From a virus (Duplodnaviria; Caudoviricetes): a stretch of 63,558 nucleotides of DNA. How positions within the stretch are numbered: position 1 is the first letter of the stretch; every line of letters begins with the position of its first letter. This document shows, one piece after another, positions 9,542 through 18,874 of the stretch. Below the pieces are notes generated by a model that saw only the letters and a list, made by a program, of their open reading frames with translations, was not told the origin of the DNA and did no database searches. Location of the stretch: positions 1 to 63,558 of the IMG/VR virus record IMGVR_UViG_3300047550_001947. One strand, 5' to 3'. Made by a program: the position numbers and the translations under genes.

Positions 9542-10660
9542 ATGGAAAATGTTTTAGAATTAACCACCACGCAACATTATGCGTTAAATACTATAACTAA
9601 TACCTATACTTTTAAAACTCTTGAATATCAGGCATTACAGTTTATTTATGAATCTATTGATATTTCTTCACAAGTAATATTTGAAGATGGAGACTTGGAT
9701 AATCTAAATATTTCAAACAATGTACTAGGGAAGGGAGATAAAATCTACTTCCTTCCCGGTGTAACTATTCCAAGATTTAAAGTTAGAGAACTTGGTAAAA
9801 ACTTGGAATTTGATATTGTAAGAAATATGGATAAAGCAACCAAGATTATAATTAATATAGAAGCTTTTATTAATGAAATATCACAAAGTGTTACTTATTA
9901 TCATGAGACTATAAGCACTGATGGTTTAATTAAACTTTTAGATGCAATAGAAAATGATCCTAATTATTCAAACGTACCTGAAATAAAAACTTTTGTAGAT
10001 AATGTTAAAGCTAAGATTGTAGAAATTAATTGCACTAGAGTTCTACTTCCTTATAGAGTAAGAGACTTATTTAATAAATTTGTTGAACTCTATAGTATGC
10101 CTGATGATACCTTAGAAGTACAGCAATATGCCAATAAATTGAGAATTCTAAAATCTGATGTTTATAACAATCTTGTTCAAAACATTAAGAATACAGCTAT
10201 TCAGTTTATTGATGAGAAAACTCTTATCAAACAATGTAATGGTAGTAAAACTATTGATCATGAAGCTTATACAAGATTAGATCAAATGTTTAGTAATTAT
10301 CAAAATGCTGATGTAGCTTTGGAGTTACTATGTAATTATAACTTTGAAGAGTCTATGTTCTATATTCTTTTACTAGCATCTAGACATAGTTTTAGTGATA
10401 TCTCATCTAGCAAGCATGTTAGTTATAAGAATCTAAGAAACTATTGTAAGAAAGAATGGCATATAGATATCAGTTATTTTTATCGTAATAACATAATGCA
10501 TGTAATTAGACCATGTTTTAATAGAGGAACAATGACTAAAGAAATCTTAGGATTATTTAAGAATGAAATTTTAAACTTTATTAAAAACCATGGTGAAAAC
10601 GATATGTTCACTATTACAGCTATAAGTTTGAAAGATGAGTTAAAGGAAAAATTAGTATGA
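9542..10660 (+). CDS. Hypothetical protein with possible BRCT-like domain
   Basis: KIYFLPGVTIPRFKVRELGKNLEFDIVRNMDKATKIII resembles a BRCT core. Confidence 0.5.
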   Translation: MENVLELTTTQHYALNTITNTYTFKTLEYQALQFIYESIDISSQVIFEDGDLDNLNISNNVLGKGDKIYFLPGVTIPRFKVRELGKNLEFDIVRNMDKATKIIINIEAFINEISQSVTYYHETISTDGLIKLLDAIENDPNYSNVPEIKTFVDNVKAKIVEINCTRVLLPYRVRDLFNKFVELYSMPDDTLEVQQYANKLRILKSDVYNNLVQNIKNTAIQFIDEKTLIKQCNGSKTIDHEAYTRLDQMFSNYQNADVALELLCNYNFEESMFYILLLASRHSFSDISSSKHVSYKNLRNYCKKEWHIDISYFYRNNIMHVIRPCFNRGTMTKEILGLFKNEILNFIKNHGENDMFTITAISLKDELKEKLV

Positions 10661-11628
10661 CAGAACAAGAATTAATAGATCAGTATTATAGTAACAAGTT
10701 ATATCTTAGTTACTCAGCTCTTAGTAAAGCTATGTTTAGTCCTATGGCATATTATAACTATTATGTGCTTGGACAAAAAGAAGATAGGTTGGACAGTCAT
10801 TTAGTAGAGGGTAGTGTTATTCACTGCCTTCTACTAGAACCAAATGAGTTTAGTAATAAGTTTAGTATTAGCAGTGGAAAGTTTCCATCTGAAAACACTA
10901 AAAAGATAATAGATGAATTGTTTAGAGAGTATCCGGATATTGATTTATTAGAGAACTATCAGGATGATATCCTAAATAAACTAATCAGGTATAACCTACA
11001 CCAATCTCTTAAAACAGATAAGCAAAGATTGGAGAAAATTATAACTGATGATACTAATGAATATCTTAAAGGATTAATCTCTGCAAAAGGTAAAATTGTA
11101 ATAGAGCAATCTATGTATGATTCTGCTAATAAAACTGTGGAGTTAATGAAAAAGAATCCAAGTATTACTGAAAGTTTATTTATGGATAAGTCAGAGTTTG
11201 ATAATGTAGAAATCTTTTCTGAGCACCCATTAATGATTGATGTAAAAGACACACCGTTTGGTTTAAAAGGTATTATAGACAGACTTGTTATTGATCATGA
11301 TAAGAAGTTGTATTGCATACGTGATATTAAGACCACCGGTAAAACTATTACAGAGTTTCCAGAGACTATAGAATACTATAACTATTGGGCCCAAATGGCT
11401 ATCTATTGTATATTAGTTAGACAGGCTTTTGGATATGAGTATGGTTATGATTGTGAGTTTATAGTTGTAGATAAATATAAACAGATGTATGTGTTTTCTG
11501 TATCACCGCTGACCTTAGCAACATGGGCAATGAAAGTTAATGAAGAGTTAGAAAAGTTTGAATGGTACTATACTAATAGAAAGTTTGATTTACCATATCA
11601 GTTTGTTAAAAAGCGGATGATTCTATGA
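10657..11628 (+). CDS. PD-(D/E)xK exonuclease (RecE/ExoVIII-like)
   Basis: LSYSAL, GSVIHCLLLEP, KGIIDRL...DIKTT, YWAQMAIY. Confidence 0.85.
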   Translation: MTEQELIDQYYSNKLYLSYSALSKAMFSPMAYYNYYVLGQKEDRLDSHLVEGSVIHCLLLEPNEFSNKFSISSGKFPSENTKKIIDELFREYPDIDLLENYQDDILNKLIRYNLHQSLKTDKQRLEKIITDDTNEYLKGLISAKGKIVIEQSMYDSANKTVELMKKNPSITESLFMDKSEFDNVEIFSEHPLMIDVKDTPFGLKGIIDRLVIDHDKKLYCIRDIKTTGKTITEFPETIEYYNYWAQMAIYCILVRQAFGYEYGYDCEFIVVDKYKQMYVFSVSPLTLATWAMKVNEELEKFEWYYTNRKFDLPYQFVKKRMIL

Positions 11629-12185
11629 AGAAACTACATAAGGATTACATACAGAAATCTAGGATATTCTTGTATCCTAGTCTAGACATAAGAAGGGGTA
11701 CACTTGTAAAACCGGTGCAGACATATGTAGCATGGGAAGAGATAGTAACTCCAAAAGATAGAAAGCTTATCTGTGTTTATAACATGGAAGATTCAGAACA
11801 ATTTAAAACTTTTGAGCGTGTAAAGCTTCTTGGTAATAAGATGTTTTGTGACTTCAGACAAACAGATGATGGTAAAGGTATTTATATCTTTACATTTGAT
11901 GATAAGCCTCTAGATTTTGATAGAGTTGTAGCAGGTAAATACTCACAACTTAGTGAAACAACAAAGAAAGAAATTAAAAGTTATTATGGTACTAGTTCTA
12001 GCACACATGAATATGTGATGAGTTATTTGTATCCAGATGATTATTTTAATATCTATGCTGAATTACTAGGTGTAGAAGTAGATCTGTTAAAGCAAGTAGG
12101 TGAGTTATGTGCACCTTTGGACATTGATAAAGAAACATTAAAAATTCCAATAGAAAGTTTGGAAATGAAAGATTTGATTATTTGA
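11625..12185 (+). CDS. Hypothetical protein
   Basis: 186-aa ATGA-coupled ORF. Confidence 0.6.
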   Translation: MKKLHKDYIQKSRIFLYPSLDIRRGTLVKPVQTYVAWEEIVTPKDRKLICVYNMEDSEQFKTFERVKLLGNKMFCDFRQTDDGKGIYIFTFDDKPLDFDRVVAGKYSQLSETTKKEIKSYYGTSSSTHEYVMSYLYPDDYFNIYAELLGVEVDLLKQVGELCAPLDIDKETLKIPIESLEMKDLII

Positions 12186-12571
12186 TTTGTAAGATGAGTG
12201 AAAGATTAGAAAAATCTATGATATGTATTAACTCCGTATGGAATGGTAGAAATAGCTTCAGACTTATTCCAATTAACGAGAGTTGCCCCTATGTAGAAAT
12301 GATATATGACCCTGAAGTAAAAATGATGGTTATTATATCTAAATTAAGAAAGCAGGCTTATCACATGCTACCTGTATTGGATGCAAATGGTGATGTAACT
12401 CCTGCTAAAAATAGAAAGAACCCAGAGAAAACATACAAGGAAGAGAGAAGATTAGTTGATTCTTACCAAGAGTATTATATCACAACTGTAGATGAGATTA
12501 AATCCATTATTAATATGTTTAGTATTAATAGTGACAAGTTTGATTTGTCTATATTAGATGCAGCTCTTTAA
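12182..12571 (+). CDS. Hypothetical protein (start may be ATG 12194)
   Basis: About 125-aa ORF ending before a terminator. Confidence 0.6.
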   Translation: MICKMSERLEKSMICINSVWNGRNSFRLIPINESCPYVEMIYDPEVKMMVIISKLRKQAYHMLPVLDANGDVTPAKNRKNPEKTYKEERRLVDSYQEYYITTVDEIKSIINMFSINSDKFDLSILDAAL

Positions 12572-12597
12572 AGGATAAAAACCAACATATGTAAAAT

Positions 12598-12621
12598 GGG
12601 GGAGGAAACTCCCCCTTTTTT
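12598..12621 (+). terminator. Rho-independent terminator upstream of the DNA polymerase
   Basis: GGGGGAG-GAAA-CTCCCCC followed by TTTTTT. Confidence 0.85.
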
Positions 12622-12632
12622 ATCTAAAAAAT

Positions 12633-14615
12633 ATGCAAAACAATTGGGTAATGGACATAGAAGTAATGTCCGATTTTTTCTGTGCAGTATTTGAACATTA
12701 TAAAACTGATAATGTTGAAGTTTTTACTGTATCTTTTAAACAAAATGATTTTGATAAACTCATAGAGTTCTTAGAAGAGACTGTAAAAAAGAATGAATGG
12801 CATATTAGTTTTAATGGTCTTGATTTTGATGCTCAAATTATTCAATACTTAATAGATAAAAGAGATAGTCTTAAGTCTCTTAATTACAAAGAGTTTACAA
12901 AGAAGGTTTATATAACAGCACAAGATGTTATTAATAGAAAACAGAGTAACAGCTTTGCGCTATACAGACCTAAAGATATTCTTATTAGACAAATAGATTT
13001 ATTTAAACTTAACCACTGGGACAATCCAGCAAAAAGTTCTAGCCTTAAATGGTTGGAATATACTATGGATTGGTATAATGTGGAAGAAATGCCTATACAT
13101 CACACGGATATAATTGATACTGATGAGAAACAAGAGATGGTTATCAGTTATTGTAAGAATGATGTAAAGTTTACTAAGAAGATAATGGAGGCAAGTAAAG
13201 AACAGATTATACTCCGGGTTGGTCTTAGTAGTGAATATGGTATAGATCTATATAGCGCATCTGAACCAAGAATATCTAAAGAACTCTTTAAGTACTTCTT
13301 AGCAAAAAAGATTGGGATGAGTGCATATGAAATCAGCCAATTAAGAACTAAGAGAGACAAGATTAAGGTTAAGAATATTATTCTACCTTATGTTAAGTTT
13401 GAGACACCAGCATTAAAAGATTTACTGGCAAAGTTTAATGATTTAGAAATAGATGCCAACAATACAAAGGGTGCATTCAGTTATAGTGTAGACTATAAAG
13501 GAATGGAAACAGACTTTGGTTTGGGTGGTTTACATGGTGCAAGACAAGGTATTATTGAGGCCGAGAAAGGAATGAGGATAGTTACTGCAGATGTAGTAAG
13601 TTATTACCCTAACCTGGCTATCAAAAATAAATGGTCTCCTGCACATTTACCAAAAGAAGATTTCTGTGAACAGTATGAATGGTTCTTTACAGAAAGAAAG
13701 AAGATACCTAAGAAAGATCCCAAGAACTATGTATATAAGATTATATTAAATAGTACTTATGGTCTTAGCAATGATGCAAATAGTTTTCTATATGACCCGG
13801 AACTTACCATGAGAATTACTATCAATGGTCAGTTAAGTTTGATGATGCTATATGAAATGATTGCAGAAGGTATTCCAGGTAGCATTCCTATTATGCAGAA
13901 TACAGATGGTCTAGAGTTTCTAATACCTAATGAAACATATGATAAATATATAGAGATCTGTAAGCAGTGGGAGAAAATAACTCAGCTTGAATTGGAGTTT
14001 GATGAATATGAAAAAATGATTATTGGTGATGTAAACAACTATATAGCAGTGTTTAAAGAAAGAAAAGCCAAAGATCAACAAGCATATGAAGAACTTAAAA
14101 AAGATGAGCCCTACTATGTATACATGGAAGATTTATCTTTTAAACCTGTAAAGTGTAAGGGTAGATTTGAGTTTCATAAACTAGCCTTACATAAAAACAA
14201 ATCTTTCTTAATTATAAGAAAGGCTTTATATCATTACTTTGTTAATAGAATACCGGTAGAAAAAACTATAAAAGAATCCAAAAATATAATGGACTTTTGT
14301 GGTGGTGTAAAAGCAAAGAGCACGGCCAACTTTGTATCTATGTGTATGATAAACCAACAGCTTGTAGAGACTAAACTAAACAAAATAGTTAGATACTATA
14401 TAAGTAAGAAAGGTTGTAAGATTATAAAGAAATATAAGGATGGTAGACTTGAACAAGTAGAAGCAGGTAGATGGATGCAAACTTTGTTTAATAAAGTTCA
14501 TGATGTAGATTGGAATAATATTAATTATGATTACTATATTAGTAATGCAATTAAAGAGATTGTAAATATATCACCTGAAAGAGTAACCTATCAACAAACA
14601 AAACTAGAATTATGA
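12633..14615 (+). CDS. polB: DNA polymerase family B with 3'-5' exonuclease
   Basis: Exo motifs DIE, FNGLDFD, YCKND; polymerase motifs DVVSYYP, KIILNSTYG, NTDG. Confidence 0.95.
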   Translation: MQNNWVMDIEVMSDFFCAVFEHYKTDNVEVFTVSFKQNDFDKLIEFLEETVKKNEWHISFNGLDFDAQIIQYLIDKRDSLKSLNYKEFTKKVYITAQDVINRKQSNSFALYRPKDILIRQIDLFKLNHWDNPAKSSSLKWLEYTMDWYNVEEMPIHHTDIIDTDEKQEMVISYCKNDVKFTKKIMEASKEQIILRVGLSSEYGIDLYSASEPRISKELFKYFLAKKIGMSAYEISQLRTKRDKIKVKNIILPYVKFETPALKDLLAKFNDLEIDANNTKGAFSYSVDYKGMETDFGLGGLHGARQGIIEAEKGMRIVTADVVSYYPNLAIKNKWSPAHLPKEDFCEQYEWFFTERKKIPKKDPKNYVYKIILNSTYGLSNDANSFLYDPELTMRITINGQLSLMMLYEMIAEGIPGSIPIMQNTDGLEFLIPNETYDKYIEICKQWEKITQLELEFDEYEKMIIGDVNNYIAVFKERKAKDQQAYEELKKDEPYYVYMEDLSFKPVKCKGRFEFHKLALHKNKSFLIIRKALYHYFVNRIPVEKTIKESKNIMDFCGGVKAKSTANFVSMCMINQQLVETKLNKIVRYYISKKGCKIIKKYKDGRLEQVEAGRWMQTLFNKVHDVDWNNINYDYYISNAIKEIVNISPERVTYQQTKLEL

Positions 14616-14851
14616 TATCATTTAATAAGAATGACAAAAAGATAAAATCATCTATAGAAATAGGTGGTGTTTATACTGAAAAATTACAGTGGGAGGATGA
14701 GCTTGAATTAAAGGCTCATCCCTTCACTGCTTTTATTGAAGAAGTAAATGGTGTTGTTGAAAAAACTTCCATACAATGGGGAGATTTTGGACCACTGGAT
14801 AGAAAAGAAGCTGAGACTAAAATCAAGCGTTTACTTGAATTAAATAAGTGA
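14612..14851 (+). CDS. Hypothetical protein
   Basis: 79-aa ATGA-coupled ORF. Confidence 0.55.
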   Translation: MISFNKNDKKIKSSIEIGGVYTEKLQWEDELELKAHPFTAFIEEVNGVVEKTSIQWGDFGPLDRKEAETKIKRLLELNK

Positions 14852-14852
14852 T

Positions 14853-15374
14853 ATGGGAAGTGCAGTAACACAGTACGAGACCAGATTACTAAGTGAGATT
14901 CGCTCTCTTAAAGAACAAAATAAGAGGCTTATAAAAAAATTACAGGATGTAGAAAGCTACTATATAGGTAGAATTGAAGAGATAAAGAAAGATTATGCTG
15001 ATACTATAGTTAGCTTAAATAAAAAAGTTACTATACTATCTAAACCTCTACTAGAAGAAGATTATATAGATAAACTATTTAATTCTATTTTATTAGTTAC
15101 AGGTTTTACAAAACAGCAGTTATGTTCAGTTCTTAGAAAAAGAGAGTTGGTAATAGCTAGACATATTGGATTCTATTGCCTTAAACAAAAAGGTTATCCT
15201 CTTAATAAAATAGGGGAACACTTTGGAGGAAGAGATCACGCAACAGTTATCAATGCTTTAAAAAAGATGAAAAACTGGGAAAAAGTACCTAAGTCATATA
15301 AAAATGAATTAGATTTGAAGAACAAAATAAAAGATGTATTAGATAATTATGACAACATTCAAATTACGGGGTAA
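14853..15374 (+). CDS. Coiled coil + DnaA C-terminal (domain IV) HTH protein
   Basis: RKRELVIARHIGFYCLKQKGYPLNKIGEHFGGRDHATVINALKK closely matches the DnaA GGRDHTTV signature. Confidence 0.85.
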   Translation: MGSAVTQYETRLLSEIRSLKEQNKRLIKKLQDVESYYIGRIEEIKKDYADTIVSLNKKVTILSKPLLEEDYIDKLFNSILLVTGFTKQQLCSVLRKRELVIARHIGFYCLKQKGYPLNKIGEHFGGRDHATVINALKKMKNWEKVPKSYKNELDLKNKIKDVLDNYDNIQITG

Positions 15375-15636
15375 AAGAATTCTTATAAACAAACCTGAGA
15401 AAAAAAACACGGGTATAGAACTTACTCCAGAAGCAGAAGCAGAATTAGAAAAAGATTGGATGAAAAGCTGGAAAGAGCTAGAAGTCTATGCAATTGGTTC
15501 TGATGTAGTAGAAGTTAAAGTTGGTGATAAAGTTTATCTTCCAACATATGTTTTACAAAACGCTGAGATAATTGATATGCAAGAAGAAGGCATAAAGATG
15601 ATGATAGGCGAACAAGATATTGCCATTATTTGGTAA
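15349..15636 (+). CDS. groES: GroES-like co-chaperonin
   Basis: LRGKRILI...TGIEL...VYAIGSDVVEVKVGDKVYL...EQDIAII. Confidence 0.75.
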   Translation: MTTFKLRGKRILINKPEKKNTGIELTPEAEAELEKDWMKSWKELEVYAIGSDVVEVKVGDKVYLPTYVLQNAEIIDMQEEGIKMMIGEQDIAIIW

Positions 15637-15637
15637 T

Positions 15638-15713
15638 ACTAGGTAACCACTAACCCACTGGTAATAGGCTTTGATGTATGATGGAAAGCTAAGTCATGTA
15701 AGTCCTGCCTAGT
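15638..15713 (+). ncRNA. Candidate structured RNA element
   Basis: Fills the intergenic gap; closing stem ACTAGGTA/TGCCTAGT, inner stems GGCTTT/AAAGCT and ACCA/TGGT; no U-tract. Confidence 0.35.
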
Positions 15714-15718
15714 TTAAA

Positions 15719-16357
15719 ATGAGTGCACTAAATGCAAATATCCCATACATAAAGTGTTATATAAGGAATTCTTATATAGGACTTGATGATGGTCTTACTG
15801 AAGGATATTTGTTTGGTGTAAAATGTATTATAAATAAACCATTGTTATTTCACTTTCAGAGCAATTTTGGGGCTGTATTTTTTATGCAGCCTCTTAGTGC
15901 TTTTGTACACAAAGAAAATTTTGACCCACTCTCTGATAATGAACAGACTAGATTAAGTTTATTACAGACCTGGGATTGCCAGAGCAACTATATCTCCGTA
16001 ACTACATTTAGTTTCTTACAATACAAGAGAGTAGATATTCATTGTAGAGATGGCAAATGGAGATCAGGTAAATATTTATTTACCATTGATGACTATGATG
16101 GTGATCCCAATTCAATAAATGTAGGGTATGCTACACTTAATGATAGCAAGTGCTATCAATTCATACAACTAGAAGATGGAAATTTTTGTGCTCAACCTAA
16201 TAACTTACTTAGATGGCACAACCCGGATTTTATAATCCCATATGATAAGGATAATATTCCTAGATTAAAAGTTAATGCTGAAGACTTTACTTCAGAAGAT
16301 ATAGATAGATCATACGGTAACAGTCCGTATTATTTTTATAATGATCTTAATCCCTAA
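15719..16357 (+). CDS. Hypothetical phage protein
   Basis: 212-aa ORF (LNANIP, WDCQS, YLFTIDD, GNFCAQPNN); function unknown. Confidence 0.65.
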   Translation: MSALNANIPYIKCYIRNSYIGLDDGLTEGYLFGVKCIINKPLLFHFQSNFGAVFFMQPLSAFVHKENFDPLSDNEQTRLSLLQTWDCQSNYISVTTFSFLQYKRVDIHCRDGKWRSGKYLFTIDDYDGDPNSINVGYATLNDSKCYQFIQLEDGNFCAQPNNLLRWHNPDFIIPYDKDNIPRLKVNAEDFTSEDIDRSYGNSPYYFYNDLNP

Positions 16358-17033
16358 AGGTTCTGTAGACTTCCAATATAGGAGCTACAATTTCATGTCT
16401 ATGATTTTGTAATAGAGTAAACACTTTAAAACCTTTCACATGTTCCTCCACTCTTGATAGAAAACTAAAACCTGTAGTCTTCTTATCTTTAAGATCTATT
16501 TGGGCCATGTCTCCACAAACAACCATTTTACTATCTCTACCAAGTCTTCCTAGAATAGCTTCCATTTGTGTATGAGTTACATTCTGTGCTTCATCTACAA
16601 TAACAAAACTATTAACAAAAGTTCTACCTCTTACAAAAGCAAATGGTACAATCTCAATATTACCTTCTTGTATCTCCTTATCAATTTTTTCTTTGTTGTA
16701 AAGAGCATATAGGTTATGATATATAGGAGCTAACCAGGGGTCCATTTTTTCTTTTATATCACCTGGAAGAAATCCTATATCTTCTTTAGAAACTGTAGGT
16801 CGGGTTATAATAATTTTATCTGTTTCTTTTGTAAACAGAAGATTTAACCCAACTTGACAAGCTACAAGAGTTTTTCCTGAGCCGGCCATTCCTCTAAGAA
16901 CAGTTATAGGATTATCTAAGATTAAAGCCTTAGCTTTTTTCTGTTCTTCATTTAAGGTGATATTAAATGTTATTGGTCCTTTGGGTTTTCTCTTAGCTTT
17001 GAAAACCTCATCTTCATGTGAATTTGATGTCAT
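16347..17033 (-). CDS. phoH: PhoH-family ATPase
   Basis: GMAGSGKT, ITRPTV, IGFLPGD, RGRTF, DEAQN, CGDMAQIDL. Confidence 0.95.
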   Translation of the reverse strand: MTSNSHEDEVFKAKRKPKGPITFNITLNEEQKKAKALILDNPITVLRGMAGSGKTLVACQVGLNLLFTKETDKIIITRPTVSKEDIGFLPGDIKEKMDPWLAPIYHNLYALYNKEKIDKEIQEGNIEIVPFAFVRGRTFVNSFVIVDEAQNVTHTQMEAILGRLGRDSKMVVCGDMAQIDLKDKKTTGFSFLSRVEEHVKGFKVFTLLQNHRHEIVAPILEVYRTFRD

Positions 17034-17248
17034 GCTTGTTCTCCGTTACAGCAAGGTATAGCATTTTGTTTACATACTGGACATTGATAGTGCCCATGTA
17101 CAAAAATATATTCTACCTTACTATTACAAAATACACAATAATCAGAAATTTTTGTGCATGAGGGATTCTTGGACTCCTGATTGTCCGTGGTATTTGCTTT
17201 CTGGTTTTTTGTCATAACTAGCAAGAATTTTACCGGCCACTCTTTCAA
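17030..17248 (-). CDS. Small Zn-ribbon protein (true start probably downstream of 17248)
   Basis: CVFC...HGHYQCPVC...PCC; ATGA overlap with the phoH start. Confidence 0.5.
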   Translation of the reverse strand: MKEWPVKFLLVMTKNQKANTTDNQESKNPSCTKISDYCVFCNSKVEYIFVHGHYQCPVCKQNAIPCCNGEQA

Positions 17249-17675
17249 ATTTAATTTGACAGATCTTCATATTAGGATAGATTCTTAATGGCTTTACAAC
17301 TCTCATTTCAAGTACAAGAGATCCTACAAAACCTGAATCAATAAATCCTGCACAGATATGGATATCTAAACCTAGTCTTCCTAAGCTAGACTTACCTAAT
17401 ACTGTTGCACAAACATCACCTCTGCATCCCACTGTTTCATTACAAGAGTATAGATACAGCTCACCTGGTTGTAAAACAAAACCTTCTTCAGGAATCTCAA
17501 ATTCTTCTGCAGGGTTTGGCTTTTTACAATCTAAAACATCAGCAACATAAATTTTACACTTAGGATTTAAAGTTAAATCCACAGAGTTTGGATTAAGATA
17601 TTTCTGATCAAATGGTTCAATAACAACCATACCTCTTTCTAACTCTAATAATATTTCTGAATCTGCAAGTACCAT
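17142..17675 (-). CDS. dcd: dCTP deaminase (trimeric dUTPase superfamily)
   Basis: NPNSVDLTL, GKSSLGRLGL, AGFIDSGFVGSLVLE, ICQIKF, YHGQ. Confidence 0.92.
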   Translation of the reverse strand: MVLADSEILLELERGMVVIEPFDQKYLNPNSVDLTLNPKCKIYVADVLDCKKPNPAEEFEIPEEGFVLQPGELYLYSCNETVGCRGDVCATVLGKSSLGRLGLDIHICAGFIDSGFVGSLVLEMRVVKPLRIYPNMKICQIKFERVAGKILASYDKKPESKYHGQSGVQESLMHKNF

Positions 17676-17679
17676 GTCA

Positions 17680-17698
17680 CAAATATATGTTAAATTTG
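17680..17698. promoter_or_regulatory. Back-to-back TAnnTTTG promoter elements
   Basis: TATATTTG on - (17680-17687) and TAAATTTG on + (17691-17698) in a 27-bp divergent gap. Confidence 0.6.
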
Positions 17699-17702
17699 CT
17701 AT

Positions 17703-18329
17703 ATGTCAGATGTAAAATGTGTAATTGGTATACCAACTATCAATAGGGCAGACTTACTAGAAGAAGCACTAGATGTGTATAGTAAAAACTGGAAGAGAGA
17801 TATATTTATTATAGACAATGGTAATCAAAAAATTTCTCTTAGACCTAATGTAAAAGTAATGAAGCAAACTAGCAATCTTGGTGTTGCCGGTTCATGGAAT
17901 CTTTTATGTAAAACATTATTTAATTTTGGATACACACATGTATGTTTGTTAAATGATGACGTAATTTGGAACAAAACTCAGGAAGAAGTGGATCAGTTTA
18001 TAAAAGATAATCCCACTGATTTCTATGTTGGCACCGGTACATGGTGTAATATAATCTTACCAAAAACTACCTGGAATAAAGTTGGTGAGTTTGATACTAT
18101 GTTTTATCCCGCATACTTTGAAGACAATGATTATTGTTATAGAATGCGATTACAAGGATTAAAAAGAATAAACTCTGAGTTCTTTAATCCGGAAGTATAT
18201 AGAAACTCTCAGACAATAGCCAGGGACAAATCTTTAAACCAAAACTTTGATGCTAATAAAGAATTATTTAAAGAGAAGTGGGGCGGATACCCATTAGAAG
18301 AAACATATAAAATTCCATACAATATATGA
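17703..18329 (+). CDS. Glycosyltransferase family 2
   Basis: IGIPTINRADLL, IIDNG, NLGVAGSWN, LLNDD, FYPAYFEDNDYCYR. Confidence 0.88.
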   Translation: MSDVKCVIGIPTINRADLLEEALDVYSKNWKRDIFIIDNGNQKISLRPNVKVMKQTSNLGVAGSWNLLCKTLFNFGYTHVCLLNDDVIWNKTQEEVDQFIKDNPTDFYVGTGTWCNIILPKTTWNKVGEFDTMFYPAYFEDNDYCYRMRLQGLKRINSEFFNPEVYRNSQTIARDKSLNQNFDANKELFKEKWGGYPLEETYKIPYNI

Positions 18330-18874
18330 ATAAAGAACTTTACCCAATGAGGGGTCAAGAATTCCTTGTAAATGGATTAATAGACCTCTGTAATTTTGTA
18401 TCTCAAGCACTTGGAAGACCAACTTATGAATTAACTATCTGTGAGATAGGAAGTTATAGTGGAGAAAGCACGGCAATATTTGCTACAAGATTTAAAACTG
18501 TAACTGCAATTGATCCATGGATAGATGACTATGATCCAAATGATGCAACATGTCATCATGCTCCTTTATCAGAGGTTGAAAAAGTATTTGATAAAAGGAT
18601 TAGTTTTTATCCTAATGTAAAAAAGATAAAAGCTACTAGTGATGATGCCGTTGGTTTATTTACAGAGAAGTTTGATGTAGTTTATATAGATGGTCTTCAT
18701 ACATATGAACAAGTGAAGATAGATATTCAAAACTATCTACCTCTTACAAACTTTATAATCTCAGGTCATGATTATAATAAAGATAACTGGGAAGGTGTAT
18801 ACAGAGCAATAAATGAATCTTTAGCACAACCTATATATACATTTCAAGACACTTCATGGGCTAAAATATTATGA
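18326..18874 (+). CDS. Class I SAM-dependent methyltransferase (Methyltransf_24-like)
   Basis: EIGSYSGES, AIDPW, FDVVYIDGLHTYE, SGHDY. Confidence 0.85.
   Translation: MNKELYPMRGQEFLVNGLIDLCNFVSQALGRPTYELTICEIGSYSGESTAIFATRFKTVTAIDPWIDDYDPNDATCHHAPLSEVEKVFDKRISFYPNVKKIKATSDDAVGLFTEKFDVVYIDGLHTYEQVKIDIQNYLPLTNFIISGHDYNKDNWEGVYRAINESLAQPIYTFQDTSWAKIL

Noticed and set aside
10657-11628. Cas4 or a CRISPR system
   Set aside because: No Fe-S cysteine cluster pattern and no repeat-spacer array seen; RecE-like fits better.
12633-14615. Inteins or introns in the polymerase (also checked helicase and RNAP)
   Set aside because: Catalytic motifs are contiguous; no splice-junction or homing-endonuclease signatures noticed.
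15638-15713. tRNA gene (76 nt with a closing stem)
   Set aside because: No TTC-type T-loop, D-arm or anticodon-arm geometry; kept only as a generic structured-RNA candidate.
17142-17675. Uracil-substituted genome suggested by dCTP deaminase
   Set aside because: The phage also encodes a UDG-family enzyme, which argues against dU-DNA; dcd more likely supplies dTTP precursors.
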